DNA of 64,000 nt from Raillietiella orientalis (GCA_036172245.1 JAYWIR010000037.1:434001-498000), one strand, 5' to 3'; counted from the stretch's first letter, positions 54,264-64,000 are shown. Notes: generated from the sequence alone by a model not told the origin. Numbers and translations are program-made.

Positions 54264-54754
54264 ACCCCCCGCCCACCCTGAACCCAAACTTCCAAAGGCG
54301 GAAAATTGCAGTGACACTGATGCGGAATGAACAGCCCGAAGGAACAAGAGTGCAATGTTTAATGGTGGAAACCCTTAAAAGACAGAAGAGACTGATTGTT
54401 GCTTGTTCGAATTTGAAAGTTTGTTTTTAATAAATTCACCCCACCGCTTGTCGGACCTGAGAACAATTTGGACCATGCATGTTATTGCTCGCTCGAAATT
54501 GGATTGCAAAAGTAGCGCAAAGAGTAATTTGCTTGCAGTAATTCTCTTCTACTCGGAATAACGTAAGAAAATCGTATGTGGAAAGTAACAGAAATCTTAA
54601 TGTGAATAGCAAGATTCATCTGGTCGTTTAGTTTGAATTTTTTGTTTGTTTACACCCGGCCATGCCAGCGTTTAGTGTAAAAATTATTTCAAGAAATAGC
54701 CATACTTTAGGGAAAAAAGAGCTTTTTTCTTGCAATGGAATTGTAACTCCTTAA

Positions 54755-54914
54755 GCAGGTGGAGAGTACCACACCGAACAGCGGGCCGGTAAGGGCAAGT
54801 GAAAAAACATTGCCAGAACCACGTGTTCTGGAAGAAACAAGGCCCCAGAGACGAAATTTACTTATAACGAATGATATGAAATTTTAAAAATAGAAGCCCC
54901 GGCTTATCCGGGTG
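54755..54914 (+). mobile_element. 3'-UTR-only remnant of the same LINE family
   Basis: Carries the family 3' module without any ORF: GGAGAGTACC-ACACCGAACAGCGGGCCGGTAAGG, hairpin CCAGAAC/GTTCTGG (54813-54831), and terminal GCCCCGGCTTATCCGGGTG (54896-54914). Confidence 0.7.
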
Positions 54915-55335
54915 GCTCAGGAACCATGCTCCATCCGTGGACATAACCGGTCTGTCCCGCGATGATGACGGATTCGGCTAGCCACCCTAGGCTCTTTGAA
55001 GGCCACGGTTTGCGGGAGGCTTGGCATCCGCGTTCCCTGGCGTGATCGGATGCCAATTGCCCATGCTGCTCAAGTCTTCTCCCTGGAGAAGATGTGCCCT
55101 TGCTGATCGGAACGAGGGAGCCACCTCACCTCTTTCTCCAATCATGGCTGGTACACCAGGGGAGTCAGCTCTGGCGCGAAGCACCGCTGAAACTCTTCCG
55201 GGATAGATCGTTCTCCCGTGGTGATTTCTTCCTCTTGTGCTATCCGACGGCCGACACTCTCCAGTCGTGAACGACTCGCTGAGAGGACTCTGACGAGACT
55301 CTTCAACTGGAAAGTAAAAATCGCACACAATTCTC
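54915..55335 (-). mobile_element. Decayed LINE fragment, RT domains 0-1
   Basis: Minus-strand translation ...GEVAPSFRSARAHLLQGEDLSSMGNWHPITPGNADAK resembles the NWRPITLLNxDxK motif; frameshifted. Confidence 0.7.
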
Positions 55336-55379
55336 TCAGGAGAAGTCAGAAGTAGATATGTCTTCTGTTGCTGCTCCCA

Positions 55380-55989
55380 TGTTCACCCTGTTAGAACTTG
55401 AGGATTTCTTCGAGTTGCTAAGTCGGGGCCAGGTCTGGCAGTGAGCAGAGAGAAGTTGTCCTTGGCACCGGTCGGTGCGGCGTGGGCTGAACGATGGGGC
55501 TGGTTCCGCTTGGGGATGCCCACGAGAGGGCACATCAAGTACCCTGGCGTTCCGTTGGGGGGGTTCTGCATAGCAGAAGTGTGGTCCGGCTCTCTCCAGA
55601 AACTAGAGATGGTACCCGGCCCGAAACGAACCGCGGTGCGAAACTTATTCGCAGCTCCTCCCCTCCGCCCCCTGCTTTCGGTTTGCCCCGTCCATCCTGG
55701 CATTAAGAGAAAAACCGAGGACCTCCTGAAGAAAGCCCTGTGTGGCACAGGGAGGTCCAGAGTCCGACTCAAAGACCTGTGTGCTCCGCGTAGGGATGGT
55801 ACACTGAGTCTCCTTACGCTGGAGAGGATGGAACGTCGGCTGCAGTCCACACTCGCTCTCGAGGCAAGATTATGGACCATACCTGGATGCGCACCAACAC
55901 GACTCCTCTAGAAGAGAGCAACCGGCTGCAAGGGACTCACATCCTTTTTCGTCTCTGGCGAGAGATGTCTGAGGCGTTGCGGACATCAA
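55380..55989 (+). mobile_element. Decayed LINE fragment, RT domains 5-7 and thumb
   Basis: LEDFFELLSRG...HIKYPGVPLGGFC...RVRLKDLCAPRRDG...RATGCKGLTS...RRCGHQ is collinear with the 52009 element. Confidence 0.85.
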
Positions 55990-58900
55990 TTTCGCCAGAC
56001 GGTTGCACTGTTCCCGGAAGAACCATGGAGACCAACCTGTTCCTAGCCATTACCTGGTGGCAGTTGCAACAACGCAAGGCACAGCTGTGTCAAGAGAATT
56101 CTGCATTCTCCTCTGACCAGGGAGAGAAAAACTGAGAAGAAACGTACGCGTCCGGAACCTTTGCAGTCGCCGTCGACCTGCGTAAAGCTTTCGATTTTTA
56201 CCCGGATTTCGCCGGGGTGTTTATTTAAAAATAAACTTTTACAAAGACGTGCAGTGGCTGAAGCAATGCTCCAGCCACGCACGAAGAAACACAGAGCCTG
56301 CCGGGTCACCGGTTCGCAGACCGGTACGGTCCACCAAGGCAGCAGGGGAAGGAAGAAAAACAAAAACTAAACAAAAAGAAAAAAAAGAGTGGGGGGGTAC
56401 GGAAAGGGATCACTGTTGCTGCTGGGGCCGTTGCATCCTTCTCAGGATGCCGGCAAGCTCTTCTTGTATTCGCGGATCCAGGTGGGGCCATCGCGAAGCC
56501 CTCCTCAGGAATTGGGCGGCGCCCTGGATGGCATCCTTATCGCGTGGTCCTCCAGTAGCCGTGCTCCTTGCGGCGACGATCCCGCGAAGGCAGCACAAGG
56601 CTGCTATCGAGGCCGCTGAAGGGCTTCGGCAACGAAGAGGGCTTTCTATGCGTCCCTGGGGTTGCCGCAGGGGATAGCGATGTCCGCGGCAAAGCGTAGC
56701 CAAAGGGACCGAAAGGCAACACAATCCACAAGCAGGTGAGAGAAGACTCCCGTTCCCCACACCTAACACAATTTGGGTTCACCGCTCCCCAGGTCCAATG
56801 GAGTCGGCGGGTGTTGCAGGGAAGTCCCCAATGCTACAACAGTAGCGCCGACTCCTGCATTTTAAGTGGAGGGTGGAGGTGTTCGTGAGCACCGGGGGCC
56901 ACTTCAGATGTTCAATCGGAACATCGAGCAGCGCGTCCCAGCGCAGAAGACCATTAGAAGGCGTACTCGGGGTCGCAGCGTCTGTTAGCTGGTCCGTCTT
57001 TCACTCTCCTATCTTTTTCTCCTTTCCGGAGATTTTTATCCTAACCTCCCACTTCGCCGCAACATCGTTGTCCTGATCTTCCCCTAGAGAGGCCAGCGCA
57101 GCAGCGAGGGGGGTTCTTCCTGACCACCCTCGCTTCTTCGGATCCTCCAGGATCTCTCGGAGAGTGCAACTTCTGTAGCACCCAAACAGGAACCGTCGTT
57201 CCTGTTGGGCGCGTTGCATGCCGCACTGTGCCCACGTGCGAACGGTTTTCTGCAACTAGGCACTACCGTTCGCGGGGCGACAGGTGATCCATCCGTGGTT
57301 TTTCCGAACGAAGACAGTCACCCTCCACAGCTGGAGCCCACATCGGTTGATGCGGGAGCGATGGAGTGAAAGAAAGGACGTGAATCCCGTCTTCCCGATG
57401 GCTTTCTTGACGAGGAGACGTGCAGGGACGAACCAGCAGGTGCACCACAACTCCGGCACAACGGCCAACATCCGGAACTGGAGCTGAAGCTTTAGCCGCT
57501 CCAACGTCTGGATGCCGAGACCGCCATCCCGACGCGGAGCGCACAAGTCCTTTAAGCGGACTCGAGCCCTCCCGTTGCCATAAAGGGCGATACGGAGGAG
57601 GTCCTTCGTCCGCTTTTCAATCCTCTCTGTGGGGGGGCAAACAAAAAGCAGGGAACGGAGGAGAGGAGCCGCGAACGTGTTCCGAACCGCTGCCCGTTCA
57701 GGCAGGAAAAACCTGCCGCCTCGGAACGGGCCGATCGCCGTCTCTACTTTTTGGAGGCACTCGGACCACGCTTCCGCAGGGAAGTAGTCCCCAACGGCAC
57801 ACCAAGGTACTTGAAGTACCTTACCGTGGGGATCCCCAAACGGACCCAGTCCTGCTGCCCTGCCCACGCCGCACCAACTGGCATCACGGACGACTTCGCC
57901 CTGTTCACCGTAAGTCCGGTTCCCCGACTCAGCAGGTCGAAGAACTCCTCGACCGCCGAAGCGGGGGTGGACATAGGGAGCAGCAGCAGAAGGTCGTCCG
58001 CGTACGCTGAAACCGCAGGCGTACCGGCACAGTCGTGCGGCAGGTGCGCCAGAGTTTCCCTGTACGCGCTCAGTACCAACTCAAAGTAGGTACTGAAGAG
58101 CAAAGGGCTCAGGCTGTCTCCTTGCCGTATCCCACGACGCACCGGCACGCCGTGCACGGTCTACCCGCGGAAAGAAACGTTGATGAGTGCCAGCTGGAGC
58201 GCAGATAGGCCACTAATGAGGCCGGGAAGCCCAAGCGTTCCAGAAGCTCCAGCAGGAGATTCTGGTCGACGCAGTCGAATGCTTTCCGCAAGTCGACTGC
58301 GACCGCAAGGGCTCCCTCCCCCATCCGACCATCTGACCCTTTGTCGGCGCACGCACCGGAATTCCGGCTGCGCAACAAACCCCTTTCTTGTTGGAGCTCT
58401 AGCCAGGTGGAAGCGTGGAACAGGTTCGCCTCCATGCTTCGCCCGGGAACAGCATATGTCTGTTCCGGGCTGATGAAGGCGTTTGCAACCCGTCCCAAAC
58501 GCTCTGCCCAAACTTTAGCTACCAACTTGGCGTCCGCATTCACTATTGTGAAGGGACGTCAGTTGTTCATGTAAAGCTTTCAAGCTTTTCGTTAAGCTTT
58601 CGACTGCGTCGATCAGGTACCCCTTCTGGAACTCCTGGAACGCATAGGTTTTCCGACCGTATTCCTGGGTTATCTGAGCTCTCCTGCTGGCGTTTTGTGT
58701 ACATCACCATTTCCTTCAGCGGATGGCACGTGTACGGCGTGCCGGTTCGGTGTGGCATAAGGCAAGGTGACAGACTGAGCCCCCTGCTCTTTAGCATCTA
58801 TTTCGAGTTGGTGCTGAGAACATATAGGGAGACTTTGGCAACCCTGCCGAGCTCATGTCCCGGAACGCCTGACGTGTCAGCCTACGCCGACGACCTGCTC

Positions 58901-60686
58901 CTGCTCCCTGGGTCCATCCCGGCTTCTGTTCTCGAGGATTTCTTCGAGTTGCTCAGCCGTGGGATGGGCCTCGAAGTGTACAGGGCGAAGTCGTCCATCA
59001 TACCAGTTGGTGCGGCGTGGGCAGGATTTCGGACTTGATTCGCTTGGGGATCCCCACGGTCGGGTACTTGAAGTACCTCGGCGTTCCGCTGATGGACGTT
59101 GGGGGACTTCTGCCAGTCAGAAGCCTGGTCAGGTCGTCTCCCAAAAGTGGAGTCAGCGATCGGCCCGTTCCTGGAAGGCAAGCTTCACTTGCCGGAACGG
59201 GCCGCGGTATGGAACGCGTTCGCGGCCCCCCTCCTTCGCCCCCTGCTTTTTGTTTGCCCCGTACTCCGTGAACTGAAAAAAAGAACAAAGGACCTCCTAC
59301 GCATCGCCCTGTGGGGCGGCGGGAGGCCTCGTGTGCCTTTAAAGGATTTGTGCGCTCCACGTCGGGACGGAGGTCTTAGCGTCCTGACGATGGAGCGAAT
59401 GGAAACACAGCTGCGGTGGCGTACTCTAGCCATCGCAGCGAAAATGTGGAACACCCCTTGGTGCGTTCCAGCCCGCCTTCTCGCCAGACGTGTGTCCGGG
59501 ACTGAAGGACTCGCGTCTTTTCTTCTGTGCCCCGGCCGGAAAATAAGAAGATGCGGACTTCTCCTGGGACGCATGGCCACCCTGGCAAAGGAGAATGGCC
59601 TGCAGCCCCGCCAACTCCAGCGCATGGCTGGAAGAAACAGTTGGAACGTGGGCAAAGTTGAAACACATCAGCACACTGCAACCGCCTGCGCACCGGCATC
59701 TACACCCGCTGCACGCTGCGGAACATGATCGTGTGTCCCGCCAGAAGCACTTGGGCGGAGACAACCCCACTGGCCACAGGGCTGCCCTTCCTACGAAGGG
59801 CGCTTCAAAACAGCCGGAAGCCGAGATGGCAAGTCTCCTGCCGGATAGCGGGCAAGGAGAAGGAGTTAAGTGGGTGGACAGTGAGGGAACTGGCAGACGC
59901 CGCAACTCCAAGCGTTCACCCGCATGGAATACGGAGATGGGGCGAGCTGCTTGACATCCCGGCGGATGACCTAGAGTGGCTTCCGTTATTTAGAGACGCA
60001 TCCACATTCCCCCTCAAGTGGCAGGAAACGGCGCTGTTGTTGTTGCACTGGGGTCTTCCCTGCAACGCGCGCCGCCACCACTGGACGTTGGGGAACGTGG
60101 GACAGAACTGTGCAGTGTGCGGGGAGAAGGAATCCCTCCCCCATCTGTTAGTGGACTGCGCTGCCCTCCGGCCCTTGTGGGAACGTTATGCTACGACCCT
60201 CCCTATGCCGGTCGGCAGTACCCCCAGAGACGTTCTGAGACTCCTCTTCGTGCGAGACGCCCTGCCACCAGCCTCAACCCTGGCAGCGCTCTGCTGCCTC
60301 CGAGGGATTGTGGCCGCCTGAAGCGCAGCCAGCAGAGGAAGCAGAGACAGGGACCCCATCGTACACGCGGGTCGCTACCTGCGAATCGCGATCGGCTGGT
60401 CCCATCTGGGAACTATGACGAGGGACCTCGAGGGCATCCTGGAAAGGATGGTCTCTTCCTCTAGCGGGTTGTGATCCCTTCCCGGCCCTCCAAATAGTTT
60501 CTTTTTGTTATTTCATTTATTTTTCTTTTTGTTTTACCCCCTCCCCCCTCCTCGCTGCCGAGGAGAGTCAAGCCGGTCTGCGAACCAGCTTCCTAAAAGG
60601 TCCCAGGAACTATTGGCCGTAGCGGGACCTAGTACCGCAGATGTACTGTGTTTTTTAATAAACGCCCCGGCGTGACCGGGTGAAAA
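55990..60686 (+). mobile_element. 5'-truncated LINE (55990-56194 plus 58571-60686) split by a nested opposite-strand copy
   Basis: ISPD..VPGRTMETNLF...AVAVDLRKAFD breaks at 56194 and resumes at 58571-58603 as KAFDCVDQ...GIRQGDRLSPLLF...AYADD...LCAPRRDGGL...CAVCGEKESLPHLLVDC. Several frameshifts. Ends AATAAA-CGCCCCGGCGTGACCGGGTG-AAAA at 60686. Confidence 0.88.
56195..58570 (-). mobile_element. 5'-truncated LINE inserted antisense into another copy, with TSD
   Basis: Minus strand reads N*RPFTIVNADAKLVAKVW...AVDLRKAFDCVDQ...QGDSLSPLLF...AYADD...CVRCGERESSL with frameshifts. The 3' end is AATAAA-CACCCCGGCGAAATCCGGGT-AAAAA. TSD GTAAAGCTTTC at 56182-56192 and 58571-58581. Confidence 0.92.
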
Positions 60687-60689
60687 CTC

Positions 60690-61388
60690 CCACGAGTCCA
60701 GTAAGAGAGGGGTGCTCTTCAAAGGAGTCTCCAATGCAACGCCACCTCTTGTCACTTCAAGGGGAGGGTGCCATTGTCCCAACGCGCTGGGGTCACCTCA
60801 CCTCCTCAAGGCCCTCCTCCAGATGTGGGATAGACTCGTCGATCCTAAACATTCCGGTGGGCGACTCCAAGAACATTTTTCGTCGCCTCCGGATGCGGGA
60901 GTCCTGCCAGCAGCCGCGTAAGATACTGGAGTGTAACAGTTCTCTGTTGCATCCGCGGCATCCTGGCAAAATAATCTGTATCGATGAGAGGCCACAACAG
61001 CCGGAATGCCATTCACTGGGTGGCAATCTCCATGCAGAACGCTTCCCGAAGGCCCCGGCTACGAACTATACGACCGGGACTTGTCCGCCTCCAAACCAGG
61101 ATGGAGAAAAAAAAATGATTCAAATACTTGATGATCCTTTCCGAAAAACATTGCTCTCCTCTTTTGTTTTGGCTTATTTTTTTGTTTTTTTTGTGGTTTT
61201 CCCTCCCTCATCGCCCACGGAGAGGACCTCACCAGCCTGCGGGCCGGTAACGATGAATGCTCAGAGACAGTTGGAACCACCCGTTCCAACTGTCTCTGAG
61301 CATTCATGAACAAATTTCTAAGACTTTATTATAAAATTTTATGTGCAAAGTTTCAATAATAGATGCCCCGGCAAATCCGGATGAAAAA
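60690..61388 (+). mobile_element. 3' fragment of LINE (end of ORF plus complete 3' UTR module)
   Basis: PHLL..LLQMWDRL / SILNIPVGDSKNIFRRL matches the C-terminus of the 52009 element. Ends AATAATAGAT-GCCCCGGCAAATCCGGATG-AAAAA. Confidence 0.85.
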
Positions 61389-62495
61389 CCTGCCCGTGGG
61401 GATCCACAAGAGGACCCAGCCCGACCGTGCTGACCTCTGAAATGCAATGCAATAAGTGCGTTGCGTCAGCAGGAGTGTAGATAGGCCAGAAAGATGTTCT
61501 GAAATCCCATGGGTTCCAGGATCTCCAGGAGTTCCTGGTCAACACAGCTTTGCGCAGATCGACCGCGATTGCAAGGGCTCCAGACACGTCTCTTCCTTGG
61601 TGGCCTTCCCCTTCCTGTTCAGAGAAGAATCCAGAATTCGTTAAAACAGCTCACTGTTGCAACTGCCACCATGCCACATGCTCGCGAAGAACAGGCTGTC
61701 CTCCATGGTTCGTCCGGGAACAACGTGCTGTATGTTTGTTCCAGACTAATCACGGATTCGACCACTCGTCCCAATAGCTCTGCCCATAGTTTGGCAAGCG
61801 ATCCGTCGTCCGCGTTCACTACTGTAATGAGCTGCCATTTTCCAACGTTGCGCAAGTCTTCTGCTTTCGGGAGGAGACGTACTCTTGCTGATCGGAACGA
61901 GGTTTGTTCGCGGATCAGCCTGCATAATCAGTGCACCAGGAGGGCAAGCTCTGCTGCGAAACCTTGATAGAACTCTGTGGGCAGGTCATCCTCCGCTGGT
62001 GCTTTCCGCCTCTTGAAGCCTTCCGATGGCGGAGATGAACTCCGCCATCTGAAGGGTTCCTCGAGGCTTCTTGCCCCTCCTCCTCTAACGCTCTTGTGCG
62101 CTCTGGCAGCAAACGCTGCGCAGAGTCGTACTCTGAGGGTACCCTCACGTAAATCGAGGGGTAAAAATCACGTAAGTTTTCGGCTTACCTGAGCTGGGGC
62201 CGAGTGTTCTTGGTCCCGATTGTTCAGCAAACAGGCCGATCCGAATTGCCCCCCAGGCCCATCTTTGTATACCGCCAGACGTCAGACGTCGGGAGTCTTG
62301 CAGAAGCGACGGGTGTGGAGGTGCGCTGTTTCGCTCTGCACCCCATCGCCAAAACCTGGAGGAAGACGGCCCAGGGGGAACTGGTCGCAGAACTCTCGGA
62401 CTGTGCATTTTAATTTGTCCCAGTCCTCGAACATCTGCAGTTCGGACCCTCGCAGGAATTGGAAGGTGCTCCGCTGCTCCTGAGAGGTTCAACTA
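61389..62495 (-). mobile_element. Decayed LINE fragment (EN-RT linker to RT domain 3)
   Basis: Minus-strand pieces GKWQLITVVNADDGSLAKLWAELLGRVVESVISLEQTY and GALAIAVDLRKA; multiple indels. Confidence 0.75.
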
Positions 62496-62499
62496 GTCC

Positions 62500-63340
62500 C
62501 CTGGCAAGCGCCATGCTTGGGAGGGAGGACCCCTGTAGCGCGGAAGTGGGACCGCGCATTGGAACTCATTCGCGGCTCCTCTGCTCCTAGCCCTGCTTTT
62601 TGTTTGCCACCCCTCACTTTTACATGGTGGAGACATCCAGAAACTTGTCACGCACGAACATGTATTTCTTTACATGAAATAGTGGACCGCGGACCTTTTA
62701 AGAAACACCCTGTGGAGCAAAGAAAAGGCGCTCGTCTGGTTGAGAGATCTGATGACTTGACTCCAGTGGTGGTCTTAGCCTCATGACTCTTGAAGACAAG
62801 AAGAGTCTGCTCCATCAGAAAAGAGTAGCATAAGTTTGGGAGAACTAGACGTTTCCATGGTGCGTCCCAGCACGTGCCCACGCCGAGTGAGCAGCCGGCT
62901 GCGAAGGACTGACATCGTTCCTCGTCGGCAGCCACTGAAGTCTAACCCATGGCAGATGCTTGCCTTGGTGGAGGAGATCCCTTGGCTCTCCTGTCTCCCT
63001 GCGAACTGTACTACCTGACTTAAGGAGGCAGTTGACATGTGGGGAAGGATCCACGACACGAGGGCGGAACACGACTCCTGTCAGCTACGGGGCAGGTACG
63101 CTCTCGTCAGTCGTTTCAGGAGATCGTAAGCAAGGATCGAAGGTGCGTTGGGGCTTTGATAACTCTCCTTTGCCGCGGCGGTGCTCTCCTTAAGAAAGGC
63201 AAGAGGCGATGGAAGACAGGCAAGGCGGGAGACGAGCTGCTGCGTTCCAGGGAAAAAGAAACCTCTTGGTGGGTGGGTGGTCGACACGTGAACTGGCGGA
63301 CGTTGCGACCCCGAGTGTTTCCATTAAAAGGACTCTAACG
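62500..63340 (+). mobile_element. Decayed LINE fragment (thumb/C-terminal region)
   Basis: Relics such as PWLSCLPANCTT and GWSTRELADVATPSV are collinear with PWISCIPADWTT and AWTPRELADASTPSV of the 52009 element. Confidence 0.7.
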
Positions 63341-63344
63341 CTGG

Positions 63345-63730
63345 GCTCAGCTCCGTCCCATGCAGACACGAGCAAAAATGAAAGGCAAGCATTCACCATG
63401 TTTGCATTTAGCATTTCTGATTTGTGCAGCTCTCCTACGAATCTTATCTTTCCAATTACTTCCGCTTAGCCTTACGTTCACCACCTCCATCATCAGCATT
63501 TCGTCCTTTTTCAAATTCTGGTTGGCATCTATCAAGAAACTTACGAAATGCTACTTCGTGCCTATCTGCTTGAAGTGCTTCCTCACTCATTTTGCCACAT
63601 TCTACTACAAAATTTGGTTCATCGACAGCCTTTTCAAATACAAAATTTAAACTTCCCCCCAATCGAATTTGCGTACCTCTTCCTAAAGCATGAATCGTGT
63701 CGATTCGTGAAAGGAACTTTTGTTGTTTTT
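63345..63730 (-). pseudogene. Decayed intronless fragment of an eIF4G-type MIF4G (HEAT-1) domain
   Basis: Minus strand reads QQKFLSRIDTIHALGRGTQIRLGGSLNFVFEKAVDEPNFVVECGKMS...VAFRKFLDRCQPEFEK...AKRK*LE, then a -1 frameshift, then IRFVGELHKSEMLNANMVNACLSFLL. This parallels eIF4G LIFEKAISEPNF...FRKLLLNRCQKEFEK...[33 protein letters not shown]. It has a premature TAA at 63456-58 and a frameshift. Confidence 0.78.
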
Positions 63731-63734
63731 TTAA

Positions 63735-64000
63735 CCCTTTGAGTGTTGTGGACGCATAGATGCTCCCGAAGGAAGCCATCAGCATGGCGTTTACGCATGC
63801 GTTTGGCAAATTGCACGCGCAGCATAATTTAACACTGCCAATGTTTGAGATGGACATTCTCATCATCCCCCTGGCAACGACAGTAAACAAAATTCTGCTT
63901 GTATATCGGCCAACGATTCTCGGTTTCTCTCGGTGTTCGTACAGAATTTCTTATACCGTTTTTCATCTTTGTGATATCTTGAAAATGTGAATGGATCAAC
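63735..64000. mobile_element. Second copy of the piggyBac-type MITE (runs off the right edge)
   Basis: TTAA at 63731-34 followed by CCCTTTGAGTG. About 170 bp are near-identical to the 34948 copy; the segment just inside the TIR differs. Confidence 0.85.

Noticed and set aside
51250..63340. Prokaryotic retron, group II intron, DGR or CRISPR-associated RT system
   Set aside because: The context is eukaryotic. The RT has L1/Tx1 hallmarks (QGDxLSPLLF, GGLG thumb, CCHC zf-RVT), 5' truncation and TSDs. No repeat-spacer array is present.
63456..63890. 144-aa minus-strand ORF as an intact gene
   Set aside because: Its N-terminal third is MITE sequence fused to the eIF4G relic, which ends at a premature stop.

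Overview
Eukaryotic (invertebrate animal, probably ecdysozoan) genomic DNA with spliceosomal introns, many only 41-60 nt. It contains three host genes. (1) A turtle/IGSF9 cell-adhesion gene on the minus strand (ATG 9606, 5 Ig + 2 FN3 + TM, running off the left end), preceded by about 27 kb of non-coding, homopolymer-rich sequence. (2) ORC3 (+, 41052-43702, 11 exons, 665 aa), whose last intron is a U12-type minor-spliceosome intron. (3) The proteasome alpha-7 subunit PSMA3 (+, 47717-48836, 7 exons, 253 aa). From about 51.2 to 63.3 kb lies a dense nest of about ten 5'-truncated L1/Tx1-like non-LTR retrotransposon pieces in both orientations. Two of them sit inside other copies and have readable target-site duplications. 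The most striking unexplained structure is a shared 3'-terminal module in five divergent copies: pyrimidine tract, UNCG-type hairpin, a sequence-variable but always self-complementary middle segment, AATAAA, a terminal CCCGG/CCGGG hairpin, then a very short A tail. Also present are two copies of a TTAA-flanked piggyBac-type MITE, a decayed eIF4G MIF4G pseudogene fragment, an old decayed LINE near 32-33.7 kb, a perfect 40-bp inverted repeat, and a steep GC3 shift inside the turtle gene. All homology calls are from recognition of motifs; no searches were run.
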